A stretch of DNA of 63,606 nucleotides, filler included, from Octopus bimaculoides (taxonomy: Eukaryota), in NCBI RefSeq assembly GCF_001194135.2. It is 4 parts of 4 records of this genome, joined end to end, with 100 filler letters (N's around TTAATTAATTAA, not from the genome) between each part and the next. Parts side by side here need not be neighbours in the genome. Positions count along the whole stretch, not along the records: positions 1 to 24,927 come from NC_068999.1; 3 more parts are not named here. The stretch is one strand, 5' to 3'. Positions 13,335-25,027 of this stretch are shown one piece after another; the first letter of the stretch is position 1, and each line of letters begins with the position of its first letter. The notes beneath the pieces were generated by a model. That model did not search any database. It worked only from the letters and a program-made list of their open reading frames with translations, and was not told where the DNA came from. The translations under genes were made by a program, and so were the position numbers.

Positions 13335-13720
13335 GGCGCAGGAGTGGTTGTGTGGTAAGTAGCCTGATTATCAACCTCATGGTTCTGGTTCAGTCCCTCT
13401 GAATGGCACCTTGGGCAAGAGTCTTCTGCTTTAGCCTCGGGCCGACCAAAGCTTTGTGAGTGGATTTGGTAGACGGAAACTGATAGAAGCCCGTCGTATA
13501 TATATATATATGTGTGTGCGTGTGTGTCTGTGTCTGTGTATATGTGTGTGTTTATGTTTGTGTGTCTGTGTTTCTCACTCCACCTCCAACATCGCTTAAC
13601 CGATAGAATAAGTACTGGGCTTACAAAGAATAAGTCCCGGTGTCGATTTGCTCGACTAAAGGCGGTGCTCCAGCATGGCCGCAGTCAAATTACTGAAACA
13701 AGTAAAAGAATAAAAGAATA
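13335..13720 (+). mobile_element. SINE type B (CORE-like), near full length with internal (TA)n(TG)n
   Basis: GGCGCAGGAGTGGTTGTGTGGTAAG head, GGTTCAGTCC B-box-like, ACCTTGGGCAAG CORE-like block, tail GGCGGTGCTCCAGCATGGCCGCAGTC. Confidence 0.92.
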
Positions 13721-13860
13721 CATGAATATATATAGGAGATGTACTTGAATATATATAGGAGATCGTGTGCTGGAACGAAGACAATTGCAACGTGGAAGGT
13801 GTTTATAAGCCATTTAAGAAACACACAAAAACCGTTAGATTCACTTCAACATTTAAATTT

Positions 13861-13915
13861 AATTTGCCAAATTATTTTCGTCACTTTGAAACCGCGACCT
13901 GTTCACTGACAAAAT
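13861..13915 (-). ncRNA. Second copy of the G3-C8 hammerhead-like fold (opposite arm)
   Basis: Reverse complement reads ATTTTGTCA GTGAACA G GTCGC GGTTTCAAA GTGAC GAAA ATAATT TGGCAAA; stem II is paired with one G-U. Confidence 0.45.
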
Positions 13916-13925
13916 TACGTGCTGC

Positions 13926-13980
13926 ATTTTGTCAGTGAACAGGACGCGGTCTCAAAGCGACGAAAATATTTTGGCAAATT
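13926..13980 (+). ncRNA. Minimal hammerhead-ribozyme-like fold with G3-C8 core variant
   Basis: Stem I TTTGTCA/TGGCAAA, core GTGAACA plus G, stem II GACGC/GCGAC (one mismatch), GAAA, palindromic stem III AATATT. Confidence 0.5.
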
Positions 13981-14980
13981 AAATTTAAATGTTGAAGTGA
14001 ATCTAACAGTTTTTGTGCGTTTCTTAAATGGCGTATAAACACATTCCACGCTGCAATTGATTATANNNNNNNNNNNNNNNNNNNNNNNNNNNNNNNNNNN
14101 NNNNNNNNNNNNNNNNNNNNNNNNNNNNNNNNNNNNNNNNNNNNNNNNNNNNNNNNNNNNNNNNNNNNNNNNNNNNNNNNNNNNNNNNNNNNNNNNNNNN
14201 NNNNNNNNNNNNNNNNNNNNNNNNNNNNNNNNNNNNNNNNNNNNNNNNNNNNNNNNNNNNNNNNNNNNNNNNNNNNNNNNNNNNNNNNNNNNNNNNNNNN
14301 NNNNNNNNNNNNNNNNNNNNNNNNNNNNNNNNNNNNNNNNNNNNNNNNNNNNNNNNNNNNNNNNNNNNNNNNNNNNNNNNNNNNNNNNNNNNNNNNNNNN
14401 NNNNNNNNNNNNNNNNNNNNNNNNNNNNNNNNNNNNNNNNNNNNNNNNNNNNNNNNNNNNNNNNNNNNNNNNNNNNNNNNNNNNNNNNNNNNNNNNNNNN
14501 NNNNNNNNNNNNNNNNNNNNNNNNNNNNNNNNNNNNNNNNNNNNNNNNNNNNNNNNNNNNNNNNNNNNNNNNNNNNNNNNNNNNNNNNNNNNNNNNNNNN
14601 NNNNNNNNNNNNNNNNNNNNNNNNNNNNNNNNNNNNNNNNNNNNNNNNNNNNNNNNNNNNNNNNNNNNNNNNNNNNNNNNNNNNNNNNNNNNNNNNNNNN
14701 NNNNNNNNNNNNNNNNNNNNNNNNNNNNNNNNNNNNNNNNNNNNNNNNNNNNNNNNNNNNNNNNNNNNNNNNNNNNNNNNNNNNNNNNNNNNNNNNNNNN
14801 NNNNNNNNNNNNNNNNNNNNNNNNNNNNNNNNNNNNNNNNNNNNNNNNNNNNNNNNNNNNNNNNNNNNNNNNNNNNNNNNNNNNNNNNNNNNNNNNNNNN
14901 NNNNNNNNNNNNNNNNNNNNNNNNNNNNNNNNNNNNNNNNNNNNNNNNNNNNNNNNNNNNNNNNNNNNNNNNNNNNNNNN

Positions 14981-15042
<62 letters not shown>

Positions 15043-16476
15043 TTTGTACCTTAGTGCATAATAAATATTACTGCTTAGAGTAGTGAATTATATTTCAATA
15101 TGCTAAGTTTACTTAATCAGGTAAACTGATCTATCGGGAGTTATGAGTCTTTGCTTAAGAAAGATAGCAATCAGCGTCGTTTAGAGACATGAACAAAAGA
15201 CGCGTTATTTAGTACACCTGACAAGACATCAATGACTCAGCTTTTCATGTTTTTAGCCAAGGGAGAATGGAAAGTATGTCTTCTTCATTTAACTACAGCG
15301 CAAAAGGTCGAGAAATGAATAGTTTTACTTTAATATTTATAGCTATATAGACTCAGACGTAATCTTTTGAAACCTTTGCAAGCGTATAATAAACTGGGTC
15401 TCTGCTTTGAATATGCAGTTTGATATTATTCGACAGAAATTGACATTTCACTGGGATATTGCTTCTCCGCTTAGCTGATACTGCTATTATCAACTTTCAG
15501 TTGATTCCTTTGGTTCAGTCTGAAGCCAAATATTTCTTAGAGTATTAGATAAGTCCAACAATTGAATTTTCGTTCGTAAACTCTTAAAAGATATAATTTT
15601 AGTGATGCAGAAAAGAATAACATTTTAAGACGGAAAATAAATACACAAAATTTGTTTTTCTCGTGGAACTCATTAGTATTTATTTCTTGACAGACTTGTC
15701 ATGAATCATTTGTCTATAATATATATCTGTTAAAATATAGAGCTAACATACATACTACATTTCAAAACAAATATTATTTTATGTTAGTTTGTCGAGAGTA
15801 TTATTTGAAAAAAAAAAAGAAATCATACACACACACACACACACACACANNNNNNNNNNNNNNNNNNNNNNNNNNNNNNNNNNNNNNNNNNNNNNNNNNN
15901 NNNNNNNNNNNNNNNNNNNNNNNNNNNNNNNNNNNNNNNNNNNNNNNNNNNNNNNNNNNNNNNNNNNNNNNNNNNNNNNNNNNNNNNNNNNNNNNNNNNN
16001 NNNNNNNNNNNNNNNNNNNNNNNNNNNNNNNNNNNNNNNNNNNNNNNNNNNNNNNNNNNNNNNNNNNNNNNNNNNNNNNNNNNNNNNNNNNNNNNNNNNN
16101 NNNNNNNNNNNNNNNNNNNNNNNNNNNNNNNNNNNNNNNNNNNNNNNNNNNNNNNNNNNNNNNNNNNNNNNNNNNNNNNNNNNNNNNNNNNNNNNNNNNN
16201 NNNNNNNNNNNNNNNNNNNNNNNNNNNNNNNNNNNNNNNNNNNNNNNNNNNNNNNNNNNNNNNNNNNNNNNNNNNNNNNNNNNNNNNNNNNNNNNNNNNN
16301 NNNNNNNNNNNNNNNNNNNNNNNNNNNNNNNNNNNNNNNNNNNNNNNNNNNNNNNNNNNNNNNNNNNNNNNNNNNNNNNNNNNNNNNNNNNNNNNNNNNN
16401 NNNNNNNNNNNNNNNNNNNNNNNNNNNNNNNNNNNNNNNNNNNNNNNNNNNNNNNNNNNNNNNNNNNNNNNTATAT

Positions 16477-16512
<36 letters not shown>

Positions 16513-16773
16513 GTATATATGACTATATGCACATATCTACATACTCACACTGCCCCCCCCCCGCTCACACCACGTAACGTAATGTAAAAGCATAAAAACA
16601 CACAAAAGGTGAATCTACTCTATTTGCATTTATGTTTAACAATTTACGTGCGTGTGGGTATGTGCGTGTGGGTATGTGCGTGTGATATATACGTATATGT
16701 GTGTACATATGAGTATAATACTATACATATATGAAAATGCTCTTCTATGCATAATCAACATGTTTATGAGATT

Positions 16774-16809
<36 letters not shown>

Positions 16810-16815
16810 AAGAGA

Positions 16816-16868
<53 letters not shown>

Positions 16869-17024
16869 AAAATGAACCTGCTTCTTGAATCATGAATAAA
16901 AAATGTAGTTTTCTGTGTACGTTATAGAAATAATACAATGTAATATTTATGACATCATCTAAACACAAGCTAATTTATATAAGTGTATATGTGCATGTAT
17001 ATGCGGATGCCTATTCATACATGC

Positions 17025-17100
<76 letters not shown>

Positions 17101-18858
17101 ATATATGTGTGTGTGTGTGTGTGTTTTACTGTATGCTTTTGTGAATGTGTGTGCGTACGCTTGAAAAAAACTCTCTTCAATTACGAATGAAATAAGTTAT
17201 ATTGTCGAGGAAAATAATGCAATAGAATACATGCTTTGCTGTAAGTGATATATTATTATTTCAACAAAGAGGCTCTCTGAACAGAAGTATTCAAGGTATT
17301 TTCCTTTTTTATTTTTTTATTATAATTTAAGTTTTCTTTATATGAATCGAATGAATTCTGAAAATTGTACAGCTTAAGAGATTTGTATCCAGCTTTGCGT
17401 ACCATTTGAATCTTACCTCGCAGATGTCCCTAACAGATGTTTTCATAGAGAACGCAGAGTATTGAATAATGCTAAACATTAGAGAAAATGAATTTTCATG
17501 GGTTAATCAAATGTTACGATCCATATGAAAAATGTTTGGAAATTTCTCAAACCTATTGTCGAAATTCCTTATTTATACTTTTATGTGGTATCGGATACAT
17601 AAGAATATTGTTGAAACCAGATATACAAATAAAGCATGAAATTCTTGTAAGTTGTTTGAATCTGGGTATTAATTCTTATAAGAAAAAAAATTATCAGTTT
17701 AAAAATTGTTTTAAAAACGAGAGGCATGCGTGAACATGAAAATCTAGTTCAAAAGTTTTGAGATTAGTTAGAATGTCTATGTGCATTATGTTGTTTACTG
17801 TTCTTTTCTATTAACTCTTCTGGCTTTATTACTGAATATTTGGTTGTTAATATCCTTATATGATAGTTTACATTTCTCAGACAAAAGAATTTATAGGATT
17901 GCGACTTTTTCGGCTATTTTCTTATTGAAATGCATTTTACTATTTTGACGAACAGCTCAAATATATTACTAGTTCGATAACCGTCACTTTGCTGACGTCA
18001 AGATGGTAAAACTTTAATTTAGATTGTTTGTCTATTTAAAATGATACCTGTAATGTAACTATATATTCAGTTTGTGAATACATGTCACTGTTAGTAATGG
18101 TTGTAGTTCACGATGAATGTCAATAATTACTTTCTAATGATAATCTTGTCCATAGTATGAACGTAGCTTTTTGGTAAAATATCATACCCAAACCTTATAC
18201 ACAAAGTGGTAAATGATCAGTTTCAATGACACATACATTTTTATTCACTATAAGGAATGCTTATATTTAAAATTTTAAAATTGCTTTATAGCAACAAATA
18301 TTTGAGTGAATAATAATACATTTAACTTACAAATAGTAAATACTATTGTTTTACTGATTGAAGGTTTTTGTAAAATAGTTTACCCACCCCAAGAATAAGT
18401 AGTTCCAAGAGGAATAAAGAACTACATTTAATATATCGAAATAAGTTTACAGCAGAATTATCTGTTTTAGTTATCTGCTGCTATTTTTATTACTTTTCTC
18501 TTTCTTCTAGTTTTACCATCTTTATCCTTTTTCCTTTATCACTGTTGTTGTATTTGAAAGTGAAATATTCAGTACCCTGTATTTCTGACCGAAAACAAAA
18601 CACAATCCATATTTTCATTACGTTACGTATGTGAATTCAGTGAATAAATGGAAGAGACTCGTTTTTTTTATTTCGTTTCTCCATATCAATTATTTGAAAA
18701 TTTGAAAAGGATAGTGTGTGACGGACGAATGGACGGACAGAGAAACACGTAAATAATATTATAAATTTGTTTTTACAAATAATAGTATATTTTGATATTA
18801 TATATATATATATATTTATGTATATAATACAAAAAAAATATGTAATATAGATATTTTA

Positions 18859-19100
18859 CTAGCTCCTGTGGAGGGCGCTTCATTGGGCCTTGGGTACATA
18901 TTAAATTTTATTAAACTTGAACAGTATTTTTCAAGCAATGAACAATTTTCATCGAAACAATGGTATAATTTGTCAACTTGGAACTTATTGTAAAGCTGCA
19001 TGATAAAGAGCAACTTTTGTCTTCCCATTCAGGGTTAGTACAAATAGCTTGTTTCCATTTCCTACCCTTGAACAACCAACATATAGCTGGCCATAGGCAA
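18859..19100 (-). mobile_element. Helitron 3' end with PIF1 helicase C-terminus
   Basis: Minus frame 18985-19095 reads YGQLYVGCSRVGNGNKLFVLTLNGKTKVALYHAALQ* (helicase motif VI, GQLYVAxSRV); GC-rich subterminal segment then CTAG|T at 18862-18858. Confidence 0.9.
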
Positions 19101-19404
19101 TAATAAACTTACCATTTTAAAAGTTCAACGATAATTCTTCTCCGCCACTTAATTTAAAGACAATTTGATGTACGTAGAGCCTTACTTTTCGTACAAACAA
19201 TTCGTAGTTTGAAGAAAAATTACACCACTGTCGCTAAACACTATTTTAAAGTGCGATTTTTATGGTTTGGAATTGCTCTAAATGTATTTGACCATATAGA
19301 TGTTTGAAATTCAATATTTTTATCATTTTTCAAGGTAAAATTAGTGGAATCGACGACATGAAAATAGGTCCGACAAATAGTATTAATATCTGAAAAAATG
19401 CTAA

Positions 19405-19614
19405 GTCGGCGAGCTGGCAGAAACGTTAACATGCTTGGGCGAAATACTTAGCGGTATTTCGTCTGTCTCTGAGTTCCAATTCCGCCGTAGTCGACTTTAT
19501 TTTTCATCCTTTCGGGGTCAATGAATTAAGTACCAGTTGCATACTGTGTCGATCTAATCGACTGCCCCCTTTTCCTCAAAATTTCGGACCATGTGCATAG
19601 AATAGAAAAGAATG
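19405..19614 (+). mobile_element. SINE type A
   Basis: GTCGGCGAGCTGGCAGAAACGTTAAC head with Meta-like centre. Confidence 0.9.
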
Positions 19615-20019
19615 TTTCCAACATTTTTATGGTAGAGAGTTATGAAAGGTAATATTGTGAGAAAGCGAGTTCAATACGTATTTTAGTTATGAAGCACGTG
19701 TTATGGCTAAATTACTTGATACAGTTATAATATTTAGAGAAAGATTTTTTCAAAATGTTTATTTTGGAAATTACTTTTGGAAATAGTTATAATATTTAGA
19801 GAAATATTTTTTCAAATGTTAAGTTTAAGAAAAAAACCAAGAATGAAGAATAGTAGAAGAGTCATTGAATAGTGAGAGATATTGGGTGGACTGCAATGTA
19901 TTTTTTCGAACAGACACCCCCTACCTAAGATTCGATCACGTACCTTGTTAATCCACGTGGTGGACGATGCGATTTGGTAATTATTCGGAATACTTTTCAT
20001 ATTTTGATTTTAGAATGCT

Positions 20020-20360
20020 AAGTAATGACCGAAAGAGTACAATCGCAAACACAAGCGGCCGAAATAGGGTTCCTCTGATGGATCTCTGGAATAACGTTAC
20101 TCGACAGGGTGCGTTACTCGAAGGTTAGGGATTCTCTTCAAGTGGAGCTGTTATTTCTCCACACTGAGAGGTCACGTCTTCAATACTACAGACATGTGAT
20201 TAGAATGTCGCCGGAAAGAATCACAAAACGGATTCTTCAAGCCAAGGACAAGATGGTTGGATAATTTCCAACTGGGAAGTGTAATGTCGATTGTTTCAGA
20301 TAGGACTCTATGAAGGAAGTACGTGAGGACTCTAAATTCACGATCCTTCTAGGAATAATG
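20020..20360 (+). mobile_element. RTE-like LINE 3' fragment
   Basis: Translates AAEIGFL*WISGITLLDRVRYSKVRDSLQVE...RLQYYRHVIRMSPERITKRIL, matching the RTE post-RT pattern (RLRWxGHVxRM). Confidence 0.8.
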
Positions 20361-20779
20361 GGTGGAGAAAATGAATTTCATACTATAGCTTTGTTTTCAC
20401 AAACTTTCAGTATTATTAAACTAAAATAAGCTTCACAAATTTAGAAGCGTAAAATAAGTTATATAGACTTAATGGAATGGACGAGAATACACATGCATGC
20501 ACATATACAAAAATATACACAAATACACACATATGCACACGCGTACACACACATGCATATTGAGTGTATGTAATTCATGAGCAAGAGACAGCTACACAAC
20601 ACCTCATGAACGAAAGAGACAGTGGAGGATTTGCATTTTCAAGATGTGGCTGAAAATGTCGATTATGTCACATGTCTGTGACATAATCATGTGATAACCA
20701 GCTATCAAAAATTATCATTAGGTACTATCTTTTCATATTGCATGTGTTGATGGATCAATTATTCATTCTAACACAACTA

Positions 20780-20950
20780 CACAGCTAGCTTATGGAACGA
20801 GCGAAAGATTACAAGCTGCCTCTTTGCATTGCCAACTACGTAAAGGTCTTCGGTAGCGTCGTGATGAAAGCAGTGCTGAAATCTTTGGAAGTGCAGGGTG
20901 TCGAGGCGCAATATGCCAAACTGCTCAGGGACGCAAACTCTGTTGTCATC
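20780..20950 (+). mobile_element. RTE-like RT fragment
   Basis: LPLCIANYVKVFGSV...VLKSLEVQGVEAQYAKLL resembles PL..FIDYEKAFDSV...AL..QGV. Confidence 0.7.
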
Positions 20951-23644
20951 ACGAGTGAGAGTTCCAGTCAAGAAGGAGCATATATGTATACTTACATAAA
21001 GAGCAAATCTCCGCACAGTTTCTGATTACCAAATTTCACACGCAGAGTAAGCCCAATGTACTGTACAAACTCGGAACCATGTGATGTGAAACGAATTTCT
21101 AAGCCACACTTCTAAGCCTGCAGTCACTGCATAGAATAAGCTGGTATCTCTAGGTTGAGACCACCAGTTTCCATTCTTGAATAATGCTAGCGTGACAATC
21201 TCAGGATCCCAGTACCTCCTCTAAAATGTTTGATCTTAATCCTAAATAAAAGAAGTGTTTTAGAAAAAAAAATGTGAATCACAGCGAATAGATTCTGCAA
21301 TCAAGTTTCGATTACCTTCTAGATATGATCTTGTCGTCGACGGCATGAATGAAAAGAATTCCCATTTCTCCACAAGAAAAATCTCTAAGATTTCCATAAA
21401 ATATTAGGTAAAGTCAATTAATTGCGTGTGAGATGTTTGCATGTTATTGATAACATTATTTTCTTGTTGCAGTTGATGAGGTTATTATTGAATATCAACA
21501 GTTGACTCTATTTAAACAGAGTTCGGCTTTCTACTTTTTCCTCATGATGAATCACCTGTCAGCTTTGCTGAACTGTAATAGCATGTAGTTGTTAAAATGT
21601 TGTAAACCACATTTAAAACAACAATACAGTGAAAAATAGTTTCCTACTTTCAGTGAACTATTTCTAAGTTATGAGCTACATTAATCTTAAAAAATTAATA
21701 TAGCATTATTCCTGAAATCTGCAAATCATGCAAACTATGATTAAGCAAAACAGGAATAAAATGAACAATGAAACAGATAAAAGGAGGTTTAAAAGAAATT
21801 AAACCACAGGAGCTTGCAAATATTGACAAGGAAAATTTATTGTTCTTGACAAATTCATTGGTTTCTCGCAGAGTCATAATACACGAGAATAGGGTAGAGA
21901 ACCGGGTGACAGTTATGGTGTTCTCTTTCCCAAAGAGAATTAGAAACACAGAAAAGCAGTATTATTAGACAATAGAAACTAGTGAACAAAACTACTGTAC
22001 GACGCACCTCACTTTTAATCGCATCAGACGATAGTCTGATTGCCAAGTAGGTTGTAAATAACAAAACTTCTTTGTATATTTGAATTAACTTGTAGTTGGT
22101 TCTACTGTCCTATCAGAGACCGCTAGAATTTTCCATACCTGATACTTGTGCAGTTTCCGAAGGGCAATCAACTCTGTTAATTTTGTTGTTGTTTACTCCC
22201 ACGCCAACTCCTATCGCTCCCTTTTTCCTTGGCACAGTGAACGTAGAACAACATAACATACATCAGTTAATGTATATATGTGAAAGGAAGTTGTGTGCGT
22301 ATGTGTATAGAGAAGGGTGTTGGCGCTATTACATATGTTAAAGCAGAAAATAGTGCATACAACGACAAGCAGAATAAAAGATACTCGAACACAAATACAC
22401 ATATCTCTAGTAAGTGACAGAAGTCAAAACTAATAAATCGTTGAGGAATCTGCCCAGTGTCATATAGATACTGTCACCTAACTGTGTATGTATGCATGTG
22501 TGTGTACTTGTGCTTGAGTGTTTGGTGCTGCTGATTCGCTGTAGAGCACGAATGACTTTCTGTTGTGATTCCTTCGACACTTTTAAGATGCAGTGCCTTC
22601 CTGTCGTGAGAGATTGCAATTACGAATTCTTATACTAGCAGTGGGAAGCCAAGCAAGATTCTTCGCTCCAGTCATCTACAGTACTTCATTGGAAGACGCA
22701 ATTGCGTGCGAGTCTAGAGCATCACGATCACTCCCGCCTATGATACGACTTCCTTCCATATATCCTCACCCATGAGGCTACTAAAGAAGTGATGCACATG
22801 ATAGTCTCGCCGACGAAACGAATGGTCAGTTGCGTGTGATTCAAGAAAGTTCTAGACGTGATGTATATATATAAACTTTCACCTGCAGCAATGCGTAAGG
22901 TAGAGAAGCGTAAATTTCAGTTTCTGGGGGAAAATATAACAAAATTGGAATGGTTAAATAGTAAATATTTTGGAATAATTAAAGAGATGTGGTTAACATA
23001 TCTATGTTAGTAGAAAATTTGCTCACAAATACATCAGGAATAGACAGGCAGTGAAATGGTACAAATAGACACACGCGTGCGCGCGGCGTATGCAAGGACT
23101 CACAGACACATACGTACACATACGCTCACATGCGCGTACGCATGAAAATAAGCTGTTTAACGATGTTGCTCAAATGCAAATATAGCTGTAAATGAAAGCT
23201 GATAAGTGGACTAAGTCGCGTACGGAAATCGTTTCTCGCAACAGCTATAGATTGGACGGTAGTAATAAGCACAGGAACTCACTATACCGAAACGTACAAA
23301 GTACAAATATCCAGTGGAATAGCATTCAACAATGGTTTCTAGTATCTTCAAATATCTGAATGAATGAGTTACACACTGTTATGATCCCATAGCATTTTAC
23401 AATTTGCAATTTTGCAAATATGACAAATAGTTTTATTTGTTTATTATTATTCACATCATACAAAGGTGCAACACACACACACACATGCATAAATATATGT
23501 ATTTACATGCTTTACCAGCATGCTGTAGATAAACAATGCCGAAATAAAATCCGGATGCACCCACAAATCTACGAGATAGCGCACCTATTGAAAACAGAAG
23601 TTGAAACTACCCACTGCTTCAGCAGAATCAGAAGTAGAACAATA

Positions 23645-23808
23645 ATGGCCGATTACATCAACCTCGAATAATGGTCGATTACATCAACCTCGAAGCGATG
23701 AAAGGCAAGGTCGACCTAAGCAGAATTTGAACTCACATGTAAAGAAGGGCAAAATATAGCTAAGCATTTTTGTCCGGCAGGCTGACGATTCTGGCAGCTA
23801 AGCGCCTT
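23645..23808 (-). mobile_element. SINE type A, partial, with a 26-bp internal tandem duplication
   Basis: ATGGYCGATTACATCAACCTCGAA occurs twice; AAAGGCAAGGTCGACC and the head lie in reverse. Confidence 0.8.
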
Positions 23809-24927
23809 AATTAATTAATTAATTAATCAATAATAAACTACAACCAGTGCGCGTATTGTGGATGTGTGTGAGGAGGTGAATGGGTTAGAATGCCCCCTCC
23901 TATTTTCTGTCATTCTGCTACAAGTATGGTTTCATATCAGAAAATCTTGTGCTTAGATTATAATTAAATTAATTCATAGTTAGCATGTTCTTTTACATCA
24001 GTACTCCTTTATTAAATACCAGTATATACCAATTGGTCAATATTCACTGATACCATCTGATTAGTTAGCATTTAAGTTTATAATATGTATAAATATTAAA
24101 CTATTTCTGGATAATTTTCTTTTCCTCCCTCTATTGTGGTAAAAGTTTGGTATATGCACAAAAGTATTCATAAAACATTTTATCCTTTTGTTATAATTCT
24201 TCTTAATAATCCTCTGAATAACCCTAAACTTTAACTTTATACAATATAGCAGTGTTGCTTAAAATATTTAACTATAGTACTACATGATAAGATTTCCCCT
24301 GTTTCATTATCAATTGTCTGCTCGGGCCAGCCCCCTTAATTCTCAGCTAACATCTTGATTTAAGTTTTCCATTACCAAATCTCATGATATTGCTTCAAAT
24401 AAATCTTGATTTTTGTGACTATACCCACTATGATTTCAGTCGACTCCCTCAGCCCTAACCCTAACAGACCCGGCCTTAGATATACAAGGGTTTGATAAAA
24501 CTAGTCTATAAATTAAAACTAACCCATATAAAAGGGACAAGCAAAATCTGTAAATTAAAACTGACCCATAGAAAAGTGACGAGCAAAATCTGTAACAAGT
24601 CTTTCTTCCTGATAACTTAGTAGCTTCTAAGTGGAAGGAAAGGCAACAATGTTCTTTGTCTATCTCCTTAACTTCTTGGAGATTTTAGGCAAAATTATAC
24701 TAATGTGTCCATCTGTCTTTGTGCAGCTGAGGATTACTCTGTATTTAAATTGATGTAATGGTTGCATTGTTCAATTAAATGGAGTTGCGTGAAACGATCG
24801 TACTGCATTACCTCTGGATATCCTTGTTGCTTATTTTGATTCTTATCACCTTATTTTGAAATTGTATGGATAATACCGTACTAAATTCTGGTGCCTCACC
24901 TTTAGTACCATATTCATCTGAATCTAA

Positions 24928-25027
24928 NNNNNNNNNNNNNNNNNNNNNNNNNNNNNNNNNNNNNNNNNNNNTTAATTAATTAANNNNNNNNNNNNNNNNN
25001 NNNNNNNNNNNNNNNNNNNNNNNNNNN
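24928..25027. other. Scaffold gap marker (44 N + TTAATTAATTAA + 44 N)
   Basis: The same 12-mer between N runs recurs at 49218-49229 and 59774-59785. Confidence 0.9.

Larger units (their letters stand above)
13782..14059. repeat. Long inverted repeat: 134-bp arms, 10-nt spacer; probably PLE-derived
   Basis: 13782-13915 is the reverse complement of 13926-14059 with 9 mismatches (counted by hand); spacer TACGTGCTGC. Confidence 0.97.

Noticed and set aside
15257-15273. 17-nt microexon-like segment and other AG...GT pairs (for example 6289, 21472, 44938)
   Set aside because: Expected by chance in AT-rich DNA; weaker sites or not frame-preserving
11295-16587. Long ORFs of 230-450 aa here and at 50.9-55.3 kb and 61.5-62.6 kb
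   Set aside because: Made of N gaps (X) and dinucleotide-repeat translations
24972-24983. TTAATTAATTAA islands between N runs (also 49218-49229 and 59774-59785)
   Set aside because: Identical 12-mer with stops in all six frames, centred in a 100-bp gap: a scaffolding marker, not biology
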